Origin: Nitrospinaceae bacterium
GTDB lineage: Bacteria; Nitrospinota; Nitrospinia; Nitrospinales; Nitrospinaceae
Direction of reading: 5' to 3'
NCBI GenBank assembly: GCA_965237905.1
Contig: OZ250172.1
Span: 1,312,001 to 1,376,000, forward strand
Length of the DNA stretch: 64,000 nt
The translations under genes were made by a program, and so were the position numbers. The notes below the pieces were generated by a model. It did not search any database. It worked only from the letters and a program-made list of their open reading frames with translations, and was not told where the DNA came from. This document shows, piece by piece, positions 17,467 through 29,655 of this stretch (positions are counted from its first letter, which is position 1; every line of letters starts with the position of its first letter).

Positions 17467-18777
17467 TCAATTAGAATGTTGAGTTAACGATTGATACAAA
17501 CTGTTGATTCCGGGGTTCCGGTGTTCAATGGCGGTGGTTAAAAATAATCGTTCGCTGGGAACTTTTTTTCGTAACAGACTGCTGATATGCCGGGAACCGC
17601 GATGCTCGCTTTTGTTCAACACCACAACCACTCCCGGTATATTCAACATATCTTCCTTTTCAATTTGCTGGGCTCCTCCCACATCGGGGGTGGTGACGAA
17701 AACGGATTGGTCCGCCACCCGGGTGACTCCAATGTCGGGTTGGCCGATGCCATAGGATTCGATGAAAATATCATAACCTCCGGCTTTCAAAATTTTGACA
17801 ATGTCCGGCAAAGCGCGTGCAATCCCCTGACCGTAACCCCGTGAGGCCACACTCCGGATAAAGATTCTGCGGGTATCGACCCAGTTTTTGTCGGTGGCAT
17901 AAATGTATCCGATACGATCGGCGAGAAGCGCCCCGCCGGACCCTGCGGAACTAGGGTCAATGGAAATGACGGCCAATTTTTTGTTCTCCATGCGGCCGTC
18001 TTTAAAGAAACGCAGGATCAGTTCATCCGTGATGGTGCTTTTACCGGAACCGCCGCGTCCGGTGATCCCATAGACCGTAGACTCTCCTTCCCGGACCCAC
18101 TCATCTAAATCGGATAAATACCTTTCAAAGGATTTTATTTTTCGGAGAATTTCCTGTTCCCTGCCCATCTCCTCCCAATAAGACTGATCAAAGTGGGAGG
18201 CTTCTTCTTTTCCTTTATGATTATCTACCCTCCGGGAGTCCTCGAGAATCGATTCAAGCCGCGCTTTTTCCTCGGCTAAATTGATCAGTCTCGAAAGAGC
18301 TAATTCATCACCGGATTTCACCCCTTCCAAAAGAGATTCCGGCTCTTCGGGAACCACAGAGAAATCATAATGCTCGTTAATAAAGGGAAGGACGGAGTCC
18401 CCTTCACCAGCCCGGAAAATTTTGTCGATGCCCTCCTGTTGTTCCAGGATCTCAATATCCTCCGGGGTAATGGTCGCTCCACCGCCGCCAATGAGGTGGA
18501 TATGAGGATAGTTTTTATTTTGCAAGGCATCTCGAACCGCTTTAAAGAATGGAACATGGCCCCCGTTGTAAGAACTGATACCGGCAAAATGGACTCCCTC
18601 CTGGATGATGGCATCCACAAACTTGTCGACGGTCAAGTCGTATCCGCCCAGGATCACTTCAATGCCGCCCTGCTTCAGCGCGTCCGCAATCACCAGTATG
18701 GCGGCGTCATGGCCGTCATTGCTTTTCACACCGATAAATCCCCGAATTTTGTTTTTTGTCATAACCCTTAAATCCAT
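17467..18777 (-). CDS. Cobalamin-binding domain fused to MeaB/MeaI GTPase (N-terminal half of IcmF)
   Basis: DGHDAA cobalamin His motif, SSYNGGH, GITGRGGSGKST P-loop, DPSS, LLADRI, NKSE. Confidence 0.88.
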   Translation of the reverse strand: MDLRVMTKNKIRGFIGVKSNDGHDAAILVIADALKQGGIEVILGGYDLTVDKFVDAIIQEGVHFAGISSYNGGHVPFFKAVRDALQNKNYPHIHLIGGGGATITPEDIEILEQQEGIDKIFRAGEGDSVLPFINEHYDFSVVPEEPESLLEGVKSGDELALSRLINLAEEKARLESILEDSRRVDNHKGKEEASHFDQSYWEEMGREQEILRKIKSFERYLSDLDEWVREGESTVYGITGRGGSGKSTITDELILRFFKDGRMENKKLAVISIDPSSAGSGGALLADRIGYIYATDKNWVDTRRIFIRSVASRGYGQGIARALPDIVKILKAGGYDIFIESYGIGQPDIGVTRVADQSVFVTTPDVGGAQQIEKEDMLNIPGVVVVLNKSEHRGSRHISSLLRKKVPSERLFLTTAIEHRNPGINSLYQSLTQHSN

Positions 18778-18822
18778 TCACGTGCGGCCAGGGAGTTTCA
18801 ATGGTCCGCTATCATGGACCGC

Positions 18823-20017
18823 TTACCGTTGATCCAAAGGAACGTAAGATTTCATTTCCTTTAAACCCGGCCCGGTGTATTCCTGAGTGGGCCGGTAGAG
18901 CGGCCCGTTGCTTTTTCGTTGTCTCGCATTATTGGCAACCCAGCCGAAGTGGCGGGTAGCTTGAAATATTGGGGTATTGAGTTCCTTGGGGATGCCGATG
19001 ATTTTTAACAAGAGACAAATCGGTAAATCGGCGTTGGGGGTGCGTTCCTTTTCCTCAAGCATGATACGGCTGATGATGTCGTAGATTTCAAAATAATGGC
19101 CCAACCCTTTTTTCTCCGCGAGCGGCCGGGCAATCTGTTCTGCAATCAGCACCCGTGACTCCACCTTGTTTTTATAATGTTGCAACCGGTGACCGAAACC
19201 TGACACTCGCTCCTTGTTTTTCAATTTGCTGTGGATATACGCTTCGGCATGTTCCGGGGATTCGATTTCCTCGAACAAGTCAGCCACGCGTTCATTCGCC
19301 CCACCGTGCAATACCCCCTTCAGCGAGGCGGCGCCGGCTAGCAACGGAGAATAGGGATCAGTACCGGAGGACTCGGCCACCAGGGAGGAAAACGTCGAGC
19401 AGTTGATGGTATGTTCCAAATAAAGAATGAGGATGGCGTTGAGAGCATTCACCGCATCATCGTCCGGCGGTATTCCAATCATATTCAGAAAATTCGCCGC
19501 GTAATCCAACGCAGGATCGGGCAGAATGACGGTTTCCCCGTGCCTGATTCGATATCCCTTGGCAATGATCGTAGGAATTTGAGCTCCCATGCGCAAGCCG
19601 ATCCGAACAATCAGATCGGCCACCTGTTCCGGGTTTTCATGGGGTTTCTGCCAAAGCGGATTGTGATAATCCTCATCGAAAAAGCGCGCATAGGACAACG
19701 TTGTGAACAGGAAATCCATCATCTGGACGTTTTCAGGATACGTCCGCATATGCTCCAGTACCGGATCCTCGAGGCGGCTGTATTTTTTAAGCTGTTGAGA
19801 GAAAGCGGAAAATTGTGTTGGGTTGGGGAGTTCGCCTTCCAAAAGAAGGTAGGCCGATTCCTCAAACAGACCTTTTACCAGATCATAAATGCTGTATCCC
19901 CGGTAAAGGAGAACAGGTTTCCCATCGGCCCCCACGGTGGTGAAGGAAATATCGGAGGTGCACACCGGCACCCCGTCCAAACCGGTATCAACTGTGACTG
20001 AACTTTTTATGACTCAT
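18823..20017 (-). CDS. prpC: Citrate/2-methylcitrate synthase; apparent 1-nt frameshift near the start
   Basis: GLDGV, LLYRGY, EH..N.STF, HGGANE, GFGHR, NAD; ATG 20017 is one base out of frame at an A5 run; adjacent to prpB and prpD. Confidence 0.8.
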
Positions 20018-20020
20018 CAC

Positions 20021-20860
20021 CTACCCTTTGTAATCCAGCAGACCGTTAATTTCCGTTCGATCCATCATCCCTTGTACCAAATGTTGCTGGGTTCCTTCCT
20101 GCTTTAAGCGGGAGAGAAACATTTTGGTTTGTCCGGCATGATACCGAAACAGGGAAACTGGAAAAATAATGATATTGTATCCCAGGTCCATGAACTCCCT
20201 GGCGCTGATGAAAGGTGTGTTTCCAAACTCCGTCATATTAGCCAGGAGATAGCCGTCGACTTCTTTCCGGTACCGAGTGAACTCTTTTTTGGTTCTCAAG
20301 GATTCCGGAAAAATGACTTCCGCTCCTGCTTCGCGGTACAAATTGCCACGAGCGATGCATTCCTCAAGCTGGTGTTTGTCATCGATATTGGCGGCCCCCC
20401 GGGCATCCGTTCGAGCCATTATGACAAAATCGGGATCCAGCGAATCCCGTTCCCTACAGGCCCTCTTAATTTTGTCGACCATCTCATCTTTCGGGACCAC
20501 TGCTTTCCCGGAAAGATGACCGCATTTTTTGGGAAACACCTGGTCTTCAATATGCAATCCGGACAACCCTACCTCAATGTATTTTCTTACAGTGTTCTCG
20601 ATATTTTCGAAACCCGTATCGGCATCACACAGGACCGGCACGTCCACCGCCTGGACAATCCAGCGTCCCAAATAAAGGAAGTCCTCCATTTCCAGAGTCC
20701 CGTCGTCGGGGACCCCGAGGCCATTGGAAAGCCCGGCTCCTGAAATATAGATTCCGGGAAATCCCTCCTGCGCAATTTGCTTCGCTGAAAAAGCATTATA
20801 GGCTCCCGGGAGCACGAGTTTTTGATTACGAAGCAGGTCGCGCAGGTCTTTACCGGCCAT
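20021..20860 (-). CDS. prpB: 2-methylisocitrate lyase
   Basis: DADTGF, HIEDQVFPKKCGH, ARTDA, ANMTEFG.TP. Confidence 0.92.
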   Translation of the reverse strand: MAGKDLRDLLRNQKLVLPGAYNAFSAKQIAQEGFPGIYISGAGLSNGLGVPDDGTLEMEDFLYLGRWIVQAVDVPVLCDADTGFENIENTVRKYIEVGLSGLHIEDQVFPKKCGHLSGKAVVPKDEMVDKIKRACRERDSLDPDFVIMARTDARGAANIDDKHQLEECIARGNLYREAGAEVIFPESLRTKKEFTRYRKEVDGYLLANMTEFGNTPFISAREFMDLGYNIIIFPVSLFRYHAGQTKMFLSRLKQEGTQQHLVQGMMDRTEINGLLDYKG

Positions 20861-20861
20861 G

Positions 20862-22238
20862 TTATTTCACCTCAAATAATTGCATCAAACTTCCGATATC
20901 TTTAACCTGTTCCAGATTTTCAATCATGTCCATGATTTTGTCTTGCTGTTCCTTTTTCAACAAGGGCTCGGCGGCCCTCCGGAACTTGGTTTCCAGCTCT
21001 TCCAGAGTTAAAGGATTGTTGGGATGACCTTTAGGATCCAGAACTTCTTTTTCATAAACCTTGCCGTTGTTCATGGAAACCGTGACTTTATTCGGAAACG
21101 ATTTTCCATACATACCAGTATATTCCTTTTTTTCCTCTACAGTCACCTTTTGCACGAGGTCCTGGAGTTGTTTATTTCTAAGGTGCGCCGCGTCAAACTG
21201 TTGCAGAGTCACTTCGCCATCCATGAGAGCTACCGCGACAATGTAAGGCAGACTGTGATCCGCCGTTTCCTTGGTTTCGGGATGCCATTTGTCCGGCTCC
21301 CTGCCGATGATGTCATAGGAATGAAAACTGGTTTCGACATGGATCTTTTCTATGTTTGAAACACCGTCGGTTCCTATTTGTTGCCTGATATCGAAAGCGG
21401 CCCAGATGGCGCTCTGGGAATGATATTCGGCGGGGAAGTATTTGATATAAGTGTCGACCACCTTGAACGGTTCGCCATTTTGTCCTCCGAAACGAGGAGC
21501 CAGATCGAATTCTCCCTGTGTGATCTGGTTGATTAATCCATGCTGTCCCTCGAAAATATCACTGGGGCCGTTCATCCCATGTTTCACGTAAAGGGCCGCC
21601 CGCACGGCGTTTTGACAGGCCTGGGCGAACGCCGCGGCTTTCCATTTTGAGATCGTGCCGATACGTGTTTGCCGCAGATAGTTCCCGGTGGTGATCGCGA
21701 TGCTCATCGCATCCCGGATTTGGTCTTTGGACAATCCCATCAACTTCGCGGCCGGGGCGGCACTGGATACCGAGCCATAGGTCACATGGTCCCAGCCTTT
21801 TTTCCGGATGGCGGCGGCATCACACAACCGGCAATGCAGTTCATAGGCGATCACCATGGCGAGCAGGAGGTCCTTTCCGGACTTCCCCTCCGCTTCCGCC
21901 ACATTGAGACAGGCGGGAATGTTATCGCTCGGATGGGCGGGTTCTTTATTGAGGTAGGTGTCGTTCCAATCCAACGCCCGGATCATGGTTCCCAAATAAA
22001 ACGCGGCATCATAAACGGGGGATTTATGAGACGTCCCTAAAAGAGTGGAACCCTGTTCTGAATGGGAGGTCAGTGCAAAATTCCGGATGGCGACCACCGG
22101 GGGGGAATGGTAGGCCGCGAGGGAAGTCGCAAAACTGTCGAGGAGCCGGGCTTTGGTCGCCTGGATAGCCTGAGGCGTCAAATCCGTGAAGGATAATTCG
22201 TATACATAATCGGTTATCCGGGCTTCAATTGGGTCCAT
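20862..22238 (-). CDS. prpD: 2-methylcitrate dehydratase, MmgE/PrpD family
   Basis: RALDWNDTYL..EPAHPSDN, GWDH, ETADHSLPY, GHP.NP. Confidence 0.92.
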   Translation of the reverse strand: MDPIEARITDYVYELSFTDLTPQAIQATKARLLDSFATSLAAYHSPPVVAIRNFALTSHSEQGSTLLGTSHKSPVYDAAFYLGTMIRALDWNDTYLNKEPAHPSDNIPACLNVAEAEGKSGKDLLLAMVIAYELHCRLCDAAAIRKKGWDHVTYGSVSSAAPAAKLMGLSKDQIRDAMSIAITTGNYLRQTRIGTISKWKAAAFAQACQNAVRAALYVKHGMNGPSDIFEGQHGLINQITQGEFDLAPRFGGQNGEPFKVVDTYIKYFPAEYHSQSAIWAAFDIRQQIGTDGVSNIEKIHVETSFHSYDIIGREPDKWHPETKETADHSLPYIVAVALMDGEVTLQQFDAAHLRNKQLQDLVQKVTVEEKKEYTGMYGKSFPNKVTVSMNNGKVYEKEVLDPKGHPNNPLTLEELETKFRRAAEPLLKKEQQDKIMDMIENLEQVKDIGSLMQLFEVK

Positions 22239-22450
22239 ACGATTCACCTTTAACAGAAACAGCCCCCACCCAACCAATATAATTCCTGAAAACTGATTAA
22301 TCTATATTTTTATCGTTCTACCCGGGAGCGAGGGTTTCAGTTCCGAATCGTTTTTTTAGGGAATTGGACCCAAAAAGATTTTACACTAGGGGTATGGACA
22401 ACGACCTTTGATCCGCTGGCGGGGAGGGGGATCAATGATGGAGTACACAA

Positions 22451-24379
22451 ATGGCTTTGGACTACAGCGTATTTAGTGCAACCGATCAAAAATCGGAGCG
22501 GCCCAAAAGCCAGAATTTTTTCAAATACAACCCCCATCTCAAATTCCTGATTCAACGCTACGACGGCAACGACCCCGAACTGACGTTGGATGTGCTCAAT
22601 ATGATCGGCGAATTGAGCGCCCAGCATCTCGCTCCCAAAGCCGCCGAGAACGATCGAACCGGGTGCCGTTTGCAATGGCAGGTCGGGCAACACCAACTGT
22701 CACAATCTGATTTTCGTAAATTCAATGAACTCAAAGAAGAGGATTCCAAAGAATCCTCCTATCCGGATGACGCAGTGGGCCGGGCCCTGAAGGACTTGCA
22801 AGCCGATCCTCATCTTCCGGTTTTTTCAGACGTCCTGCTCCCCGAGGGTGCCCAAGAACAAGTTCAATCGCTCAGGGAGCAAAGCCTGATCGGTTTGGCG
22901 TTACCGGATACTTATGGCGGCGGCGGTTTGTCCCAAATGATGGCCGGAGCCGCATTACTTTTTTACGCACAGGCGGACGCCTCCCTGTTCCTCCGTGTCA
23001 TGCTGACCGAAGGGGTCGCCGATCTGATCGATAACTTTGGCGATGACGATTTAAAAAAGAAGTATATCCCTCCTCTTTGCTCGGACGATCCGAACCGCCA
23101 TTATATCGGTGCCATGGTGATTACGGAACCTGAGGCAGGTTCGGATTTAAAAGGAATCTCAGTCAAAGCTGTAAAAAAAGAGAATAAATATTTGCTTGGG
23201 GGAAGGAAAATATTCATTACCAATCCGGATGCCGATGTTTGCATTGTTTTAGCCAGAGTGGAAGGCGCGCCCCAGAAGACTCTGGAAGGTCTAACCCTGT
23301 TTTTGGTTCCAAAATATTTGAAAGATGACCAGGGTCAACAATCCCGAAACCACATTCTCATCGAGAACCTGGAAGAAAAACTGGGAATTCATTCTTCGCC
23401 GACCGGGACCATGCTGTTCAAGGGAGCCGAAGCCTATTTAATCGGGAACGAAGGGGACGGCCTGAAACAAATGCTTTACCTGATGAATAAATCGAGATTG
23501 GGCATCGGTACGCAAGGCCTTGGAATTGCCGAGCAGGCTTTTCTGGAATCCGCTATTTTTTGTACGCAAAGAAAACAATTCGGAAAAACCCTCGCCGAGC
23601 TTCCTTTGATGCGGGAAATCTTGGTCACCCTACGGATAGAAAACGAAGCGGTCACCAGCCTGATCTTTAAAGCTTATCATTACATTGACCAATATCTGGA
23701 GCTCAGAGAAAAAAATCAGACCGGAGACATGACTCCAACCAACAAGAAGGATTTGGAAAAATATCAGAAACTGATTCGGATATTAACTCCCCTGGCCAAA
23801 TACCGCGGATCGGAGTGGAGCGTGACGGCATCAGACATGGCGGTCAGCAATCTGGGTGGTTATGGGTATATCAGTGATTTCCCGGTGGAACGGCTGATGC
23901 GGGATGCCAAAATCACGACCATTTATGAAGGAACCAATAATATGATGGTACTGGACATTCAACGGTCCATTGCCAAAGAATCCACCTTGGAGGTTTTGAT
24001 TGAGGATATCAAATCTCATTTGCAAGCCGTTAACCATAGCTCATTGATCCCTTTTAAGGATCGGGTTGTTCAGGGGGTGGAAAGCGTCCTTGGTGCCAGA
24101 GAAAATATTTTGAAGTCGGAGGACCCGGACACAGCTCAACAAATTGAGGCCCGGAGATTCGCCAAACTGCTAATCCGGGTGTACGAAGCCGGACTGATGC
24201 TGGAGGAAGCGCAATACCTGATTGACCAGGAGAACGATTGGAGGAAAGCGGTGATGGCCGTGAAATATATCAATGACAAGTTTCCCCACTCAACACAACC
24301 CATTACCGGTCAAATGTTATCCGTGAAATATTTTGATTCCATTTTCTATATGGAGAAATTGGAAACTCTTCACCTTTAA
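22451..24379 (+). CDS. Acyl-CoA dehydrogenase (long, C-terminally extended)
   Basis: MVITEPEAGSDL, G.KIFITN, EEKLGIHSSPT, QRKQFGK, GGYGY, IYEGTN. Confidence 0.92.
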   Translation: MALDYSVFSATDQKSERPKSQNFFKYNPHLKFLIQRYDGNDPELTLDVLNMIGELSAQHLAPKAAENDRTGCRLQWQVGQHQLSQSDFRKFNELKEEDSKESSYPDDAVGRALKDLQADPHLPVFSDVLLPEGAQEQVQSLREQSLIGLALPDTYGGGGLSQMMAGAALLFYAQADASLFLRVMLTEGVADLIDNFGDDDLKKKYIPPLCSDDPNRHYIGAMVITEPEAGSDLKGISVKAVKKENKYLLGGRKIFITNPDADVCIVLARVEGAPQKTLEGLTLFLVPKYLKDDQGQQSRNHILIENLEEKLGIHSSPTGTMLFKGAEAYLIGNEGDGLKQMLYLMNKSRLGIGTQGLGIAEQAFLESAIFCTQRKQFGKTLAELPLMREILVTLRIENEAVTSLIFKAYHYIDQYLELREKNQTGDMTPTNKKDLEKYQKLIRILTPLAKYRGSEWSVTASDMAVSNLGGYGYISDFPVERLMRDAKITTIYEGTNNMMVLDIQRSIAKESTLEVLIEDIKSHLQAVNHSSLIPFKDRVVQGVESVLGARENILKSEDPDTAQQIEARRFAKLLIRVYEAGLMLEEAQYLIDQENDWRKAVMAVKYINDKFPHSTQPITGQMLSVKYFDSIFYMEKLETLHL

Positions 24380-24555
24380 TAACCCCAGTTTCTGGGCGCC
24401 ATAGGGGCCACAGCCTTCACCCTCTCAACTTAAACGCATAACTTATTATTTTATAAGGGCTTTCAGCCAATTTATAATCCATCTTCCGGTTGCTTAATTG
24501 GCTTTTAAAACCTATATTAGATAGGAGAGGGGGAGGAGATTTTTGAAGGTGTCCC

Positions 24556-25740
<1,185 letters not shown>

Positions 25741-25776
25741 AACCCGTGGGGGGACACTGGTTTTACATCCAGAGAA

Positions 25777-28700
25777 ATGCCAATGAATGCACCAAAGTCT
25801 CCAGGAACAAATAAAGAATCTGCCCCGCAAACAGATAGTACCATTCTTGATAAGGAGCGTTACCTGGTCTGTGAAGGTCGTGTTCATTTGACCGGTATTC
25901 AGGCCCTGGTCAGGCTGCCCCTGGACAACCTTCGGCTTCTAAAAAAAATCTTTCCCGGCAAACGATTTGCCTACTTCATCTCCGGTTATGAAGGCAGTCC
26001 TTTAGGCGGACTGGACATCAATCTAAGAAAAATTTATCCCATTCTTAAGGAATGGAACATCATCCATGTGCCAGGAGGCAATGAAGAAGCCGCGGCCAAT
26101 ATGATGTGGGGAAGCCAACTGCACCGGCTGTTTGGCCCATCCAAGGTCGACGGTATCATTGGGGCCTGGTATGGAAAAGGCCCGGGGGTTCGTCGAATTG
26201 CTGATGTCCAGGATCACCTTCAGATGGCCGGACTCGATAAATTATGTGCCGCCTATTTCATGAGTGGCGACGATCATGCCAGCAAAAGCAGTACCACCCC
26301 GCATCAAACCGACCTCGTGCATTTTGCCAATCATGTCCCGACCGCGTATCCCGGCAGCATCCGGGAAATTCTGGAAATAGGGAAAAAAATTACTCTGGCT
26401 TCGATGATCTCCGGCCTCAGCATTAATTTAAAAGCGGAAACTCATATTTGCGACGGGTCCCAGGAATTTATTTTGGATCCCGAAGAGGACCGCGATCTCG
26501 CCGAAAAGTTTCACCAATTCATGAAAGAGCATCAGGACTACACGCGGTTGTTCAGCCCCGTCTTGTTGAGGCCCAAGGTGCTTGAAAACGAAAAAGAACT
26601 TTTATATTCAAAAATTCCCATGATTCAGGAAATTTCCCGGGAATTCGGATTCGACACATGGAAAAATCGTAACCAGAAATCCGATTTCGGCATCGTAGCG
26701 ACCGGCAAAAGCTATTATGATCTCCTCGGCGCATTGCGACAGTTGAACATTTCGGAGAATGAGGTGGAAATTTATAAACCCATGATCACCTGGCCGCCGG
26801 ATATGATTTCCTTTAGGGAATTTGCCAAAGGGAAAAGGGAAATTATTGTGATCGAGGAGAAACGCGCATTTTACGAAAACCACATCAAACATGAAATGTT
26901 TAATGATACCCATCATCCGGTCATCCTCGGCAAGAAAGACGAGCAGGGAGAAGCTTTGTTCCGTCAAAATAATAATCTCGACACGGATATTCTATCCGAG
27001 GTTTTGGGAAAGAGGTTGGCCGCCAAGGATCAATTTAAAGACCGGGGGATCGACCGAATTCTGAAGAAGAAGAAACAACTGATCGAATTTTCTCTTCCAA
27101 TAAATATCAAAAGGCCTCCCGGTTATTGTTCGGGTTGCCAGCACCGAACCGCTTTGGAAATTGCCGGCCATCATAAATTAGAAGGGACCGTAGATTCCAT
27201 TGTTGTGGAAAATAAAGATTTAGACGGCCATCCTGTCCGCGTGGAAATTACGCCAAAGCACCTCCTGGGAATAGGGATCGGCTGTTCTACGATGTCCATC
27301 ATAGATACCCTGGCCAGCAACCGGGCCGTGGTAGTCGGCCCCATGGAAAGTGAGGGATTGCTTTGGATGGGTGCTTCTGCCTTCAGTTATCGCATGCATG
27401 CGGACCAGGGCTGTGGAGATGGAACCTATTTTCATTCGGCTCGCCTCAATATCAGTTTCATCCGGGATGCGATCCAGCATTTGAAACTTCATTACGATAT
27501 CGAGGATACCAACCAGACCCTTTTGTACGTGGACAACAGTGTGGTCGCCATGACCGGCGGCCAGCGCCCGGTGGGACAGGACGACCCGGAAACCGCCATC
27601 GCCAATATCCAAAGAGAAGGCATTAAAGATATTGCCCTGGTGGCGGAATACCCGGAGGAATTCATCCATCTTAAGAAAAAATATGGTATTGAAGTGCACC
27701 CGAAATCCGAAACGTTGCAGGTGAAAGAAGAGTTTTCCAAAAAGCCGGGCCTGAGCGTTATTTGGTATGTACAAAAATGCGCCATTGAAAAATCCCGGGA
27801 ACGAAGAAGAGATGTCGATCTGGCTCCCAAAACCCGGGTTCACGTCAACCCCGAAGTGTGTGAGGATTGCGGTGACTGCGGAGTGGAAGCCAAATGCGCG
27901 TCTGTCTGGAAAATGGATACGGAATTCGGTCCGAAAGTCAAAATCCATCAGTTCAGTTGTATTCAGGATTTCGCCTGCGCCCGGGGCGAATGCCCCTCCT
28001 ATGTTCGGGTCTATACGCAATCCGGCCAACCGTTGCAGAAGCCCGACTATTCAAAAATACATATTGGGGATGAGGAGCTGGAAGACCCCAAGAGAAATAT
28101 AGACCCGAATAAGGTATATGAGATATTTTCTATCGGTGTAGGGGGGTGGGGCCTGATGACCACTTATGAAATCCTTGCGCGGGCGGCAACCAAAGAAGGT
28201 AAGCATGTGGTCAAAGAAGATGATACCGGTCTGGCGCAAAAAGGAGGAGAGGTAAACACCAATTTAAAAATTTCCCATCAATACACCAGCTTAAACGAAG
28301 GATTTGATATCGAGGCCGGGGAAGCCGATCTTTATTTTTGCTCGGATTTGATCGGCGCAATCAACCCGGCCAATCTGGTAACCGCATCAAAGAAGAAAAC
28401 GGTCGCCATCGTCAACACTGAAAAAATTCCGACCATGCCCATGATTGTTGGAAAGGAAACTTATCCCGAACAAAAACCGCTGATTGATATCATCAATGAA
28501 CATACCATCAAGGAAAAGAATATCTTTGTCAATGCCACCGATATCGTTGAAAGGCTGTTCAAGGATTTCAAGCCCACCAACCTTTTCCTGGCTGGGCTTG
28601 CTTTTCAAAGTATAAAAGATTTTCCCATTGAGCATGCGAGCTCCATAGAGGAGGGCATCCAAGCCAACGGTGTGGATGTCGAAAGAAACACCCAGGCTTT

Positions 28701-29592
28701 TCGATACGGACGGTTGTATGCCATCAACCTCACAAAAGTATTGAACCTGGCCTATGCCAAACCTCATTCCAACGCAGATAGGATCGAGGGGTTCCGGCAG
28801 GATTTGGGGGTTCGCAATAAAAAACGGTTCAATTCACTTGTAGAAATCATCCCCTTTGATCCGCCTTATCAGATCAAATTCGCCCGTGAAATTTATGAAC
28901 TCATTAAATTTCAAAATGCTTCTTATGCCGAAGAATTTGTCCGGTGCGTGGAAAGGGTTTATAAACTGGAGCGATCTGACTTTCCCCGCCGGGATTTTCA
29001 ACTGACAAAAACTGTGGCCGATAATTTATTCAAGGTCATGGCTTATAAAGATGAGTATCGAGTGGCCGACCTGTTAACCCGTCCGGAAGAAATAAAAAGG
29101 ATCACTTCCCAGTACGAGAAAGGGGAAATCAAAAAGCTCAGGTTTCTGTTACGCCCTCCTTTGTTGGAGCATATTCCCTGTATAAAAAATCTCAAATATG
29201 TGAAGAATAAATTTGAAAAGGATGAAAAATGGGAATTTGCGGGTTGGATGCTTTCACTCCTGAAGCATTATAAATTTTTGCGGGGAACCTTTTTCAATGT
29301 TCTGGCATGGGGCAACCCAACCCGCAAACAGGAAATCGAAGCGATCCCCCAATACAAAGCGAGAGTTGAACAATTACTGGGCTCCCTCAATGAAGGGAAT
29401 TATGATCTCGCCTGTGAAGCCGCCTCCTATCCCAGCCTGGCAACCGGTTACGAAAAGTTGAAAAATAAACATGTCGAGCACGCGGAAACATTTTGGAACC
29501 GGAAACACACCGATTTCACTTCAGAGAATGGAAAAGCGCGCGGAAAAAAAGTCCCTTCCTCCAGTTTTTTGGAATCCCCCAATCCGTTTTAA
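25777..29592 (+). CDS. Single-chain indolepyruvate:ferredoxin oxidoreductase family protein
   Basis: TGIQALVRLP, SGYEGSPLGG, WYGKGPG, YCSGC.H, GDGTYFHS..N..VAMTGGQ, CEDCGDC ferredoxin, GLAQKGG, MAYKDEY.VA. Confidence 0.92.
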   Translation: MPMNAPKSPGTNKESAPQTDSTILDKERYLVCEGRVHLTGIQALVRLPLDNLRLLKKIFPGKRFAYFISGYEGSPLGGLDINLRKIYPILKEWNIIHVPGGNEEAAANMMWGSQLHRLFGPSKVDGIIGAWYGKGPGVRRIADVQDHLQMAGLDKLCAAYFMSGDDHASKSSTTPHQTDLVHFANHVPTAYPGSIREILEIGKKITLASMISGLSINLKAETHICDGSQEFILDPEEDRDLAEKFHQFMKEHQDYTRLFSPVLLRPKVLENEKELLYSKIPMIQEISREFGFDTWKNRNQKSDFGIVATGKSYYDLLGALRQLNISENEVEIYKPMITWPPDMISFREFAKGKREIIVIEEKRAFYENHIKHEMFNDTHHPVILGKKDEQGEALFRQNNNLDTDILSEVLGKRLAAKDQFKDRGIDRILKKKKQLIEFSLPINIKRPPGYCSGCQHRTALEIAGHHKLEGTVDSIVVENKDLDGHPVRVEITPKHLLGIGIGCSTMSIIDTLASNRAVVVGPMESEGLLWMGASAFSYRMHADQGCGDGTYFHSARLNISFIRDAIQHLKLHYDIEDTNQTLLYVDNSVVAMTGGQRPVGQDDPETAIANIQREGIKDIALVAEYPEEFIHLKKKYGIEVHPKSETLQVKEEFSKKPGLSVIWYVQKCAIEKSRERRRDVDLAPKTRVHVNPEVCEDCGDCGVEAKCASVWKMDTEFGPKVKIHQFSCIQDFACARGECPSYVRVYTQSGQPLQKPDYSKIHIGDEELEDPKRNIDPNKVYEIFSIGVGGWGLMTTYEILARAATKEGKHVVKEDDTGLAQKGGEVNTNLKISHQYTSLNEGFDIEAGEADLYFCSDLIGAINPANLVTASKKKTVAIVNTEKIPTMPMIVGKETYPEQKPLIDIINEHTIKEKNIFVNATDIVERLFKDFKPTNLFLAGLAFQSIKDFPIEHASSIEEGIQANGVDVERNTQAFRYGRLYAINLTKVLNLAYAKPHSNADRIEGFRQDLGVRNKKRFNSLVEIIPFDPPYQIKFAREIYELIKFQNASYAEEFVRCVERVYKLERSDFPRRDFQLTKTVADNLFKVMAYKDEYRVADLLTRPEEIKRITSQYEKGEIKKLRFLLRPPLLEHIPCIKNLKYVKNKFEKDEKWEFAGWMLSLLKHYKFLRGTFFNVLAWGNPTRKQEIEAIPQYKARVEQLLGSLNEGNYDLACEAASYPSLATGYEKLKNKHVEHAETFWNRKHTDFTSENGKARGKKVPSSSFLESPNPF

Positions 29593-29655
29593 CGGCCGAA
29601 AAATTGGCGCCGATTCCCATGAGGCGACTCTCCCTTCACCGGATGCAACGTCTTT

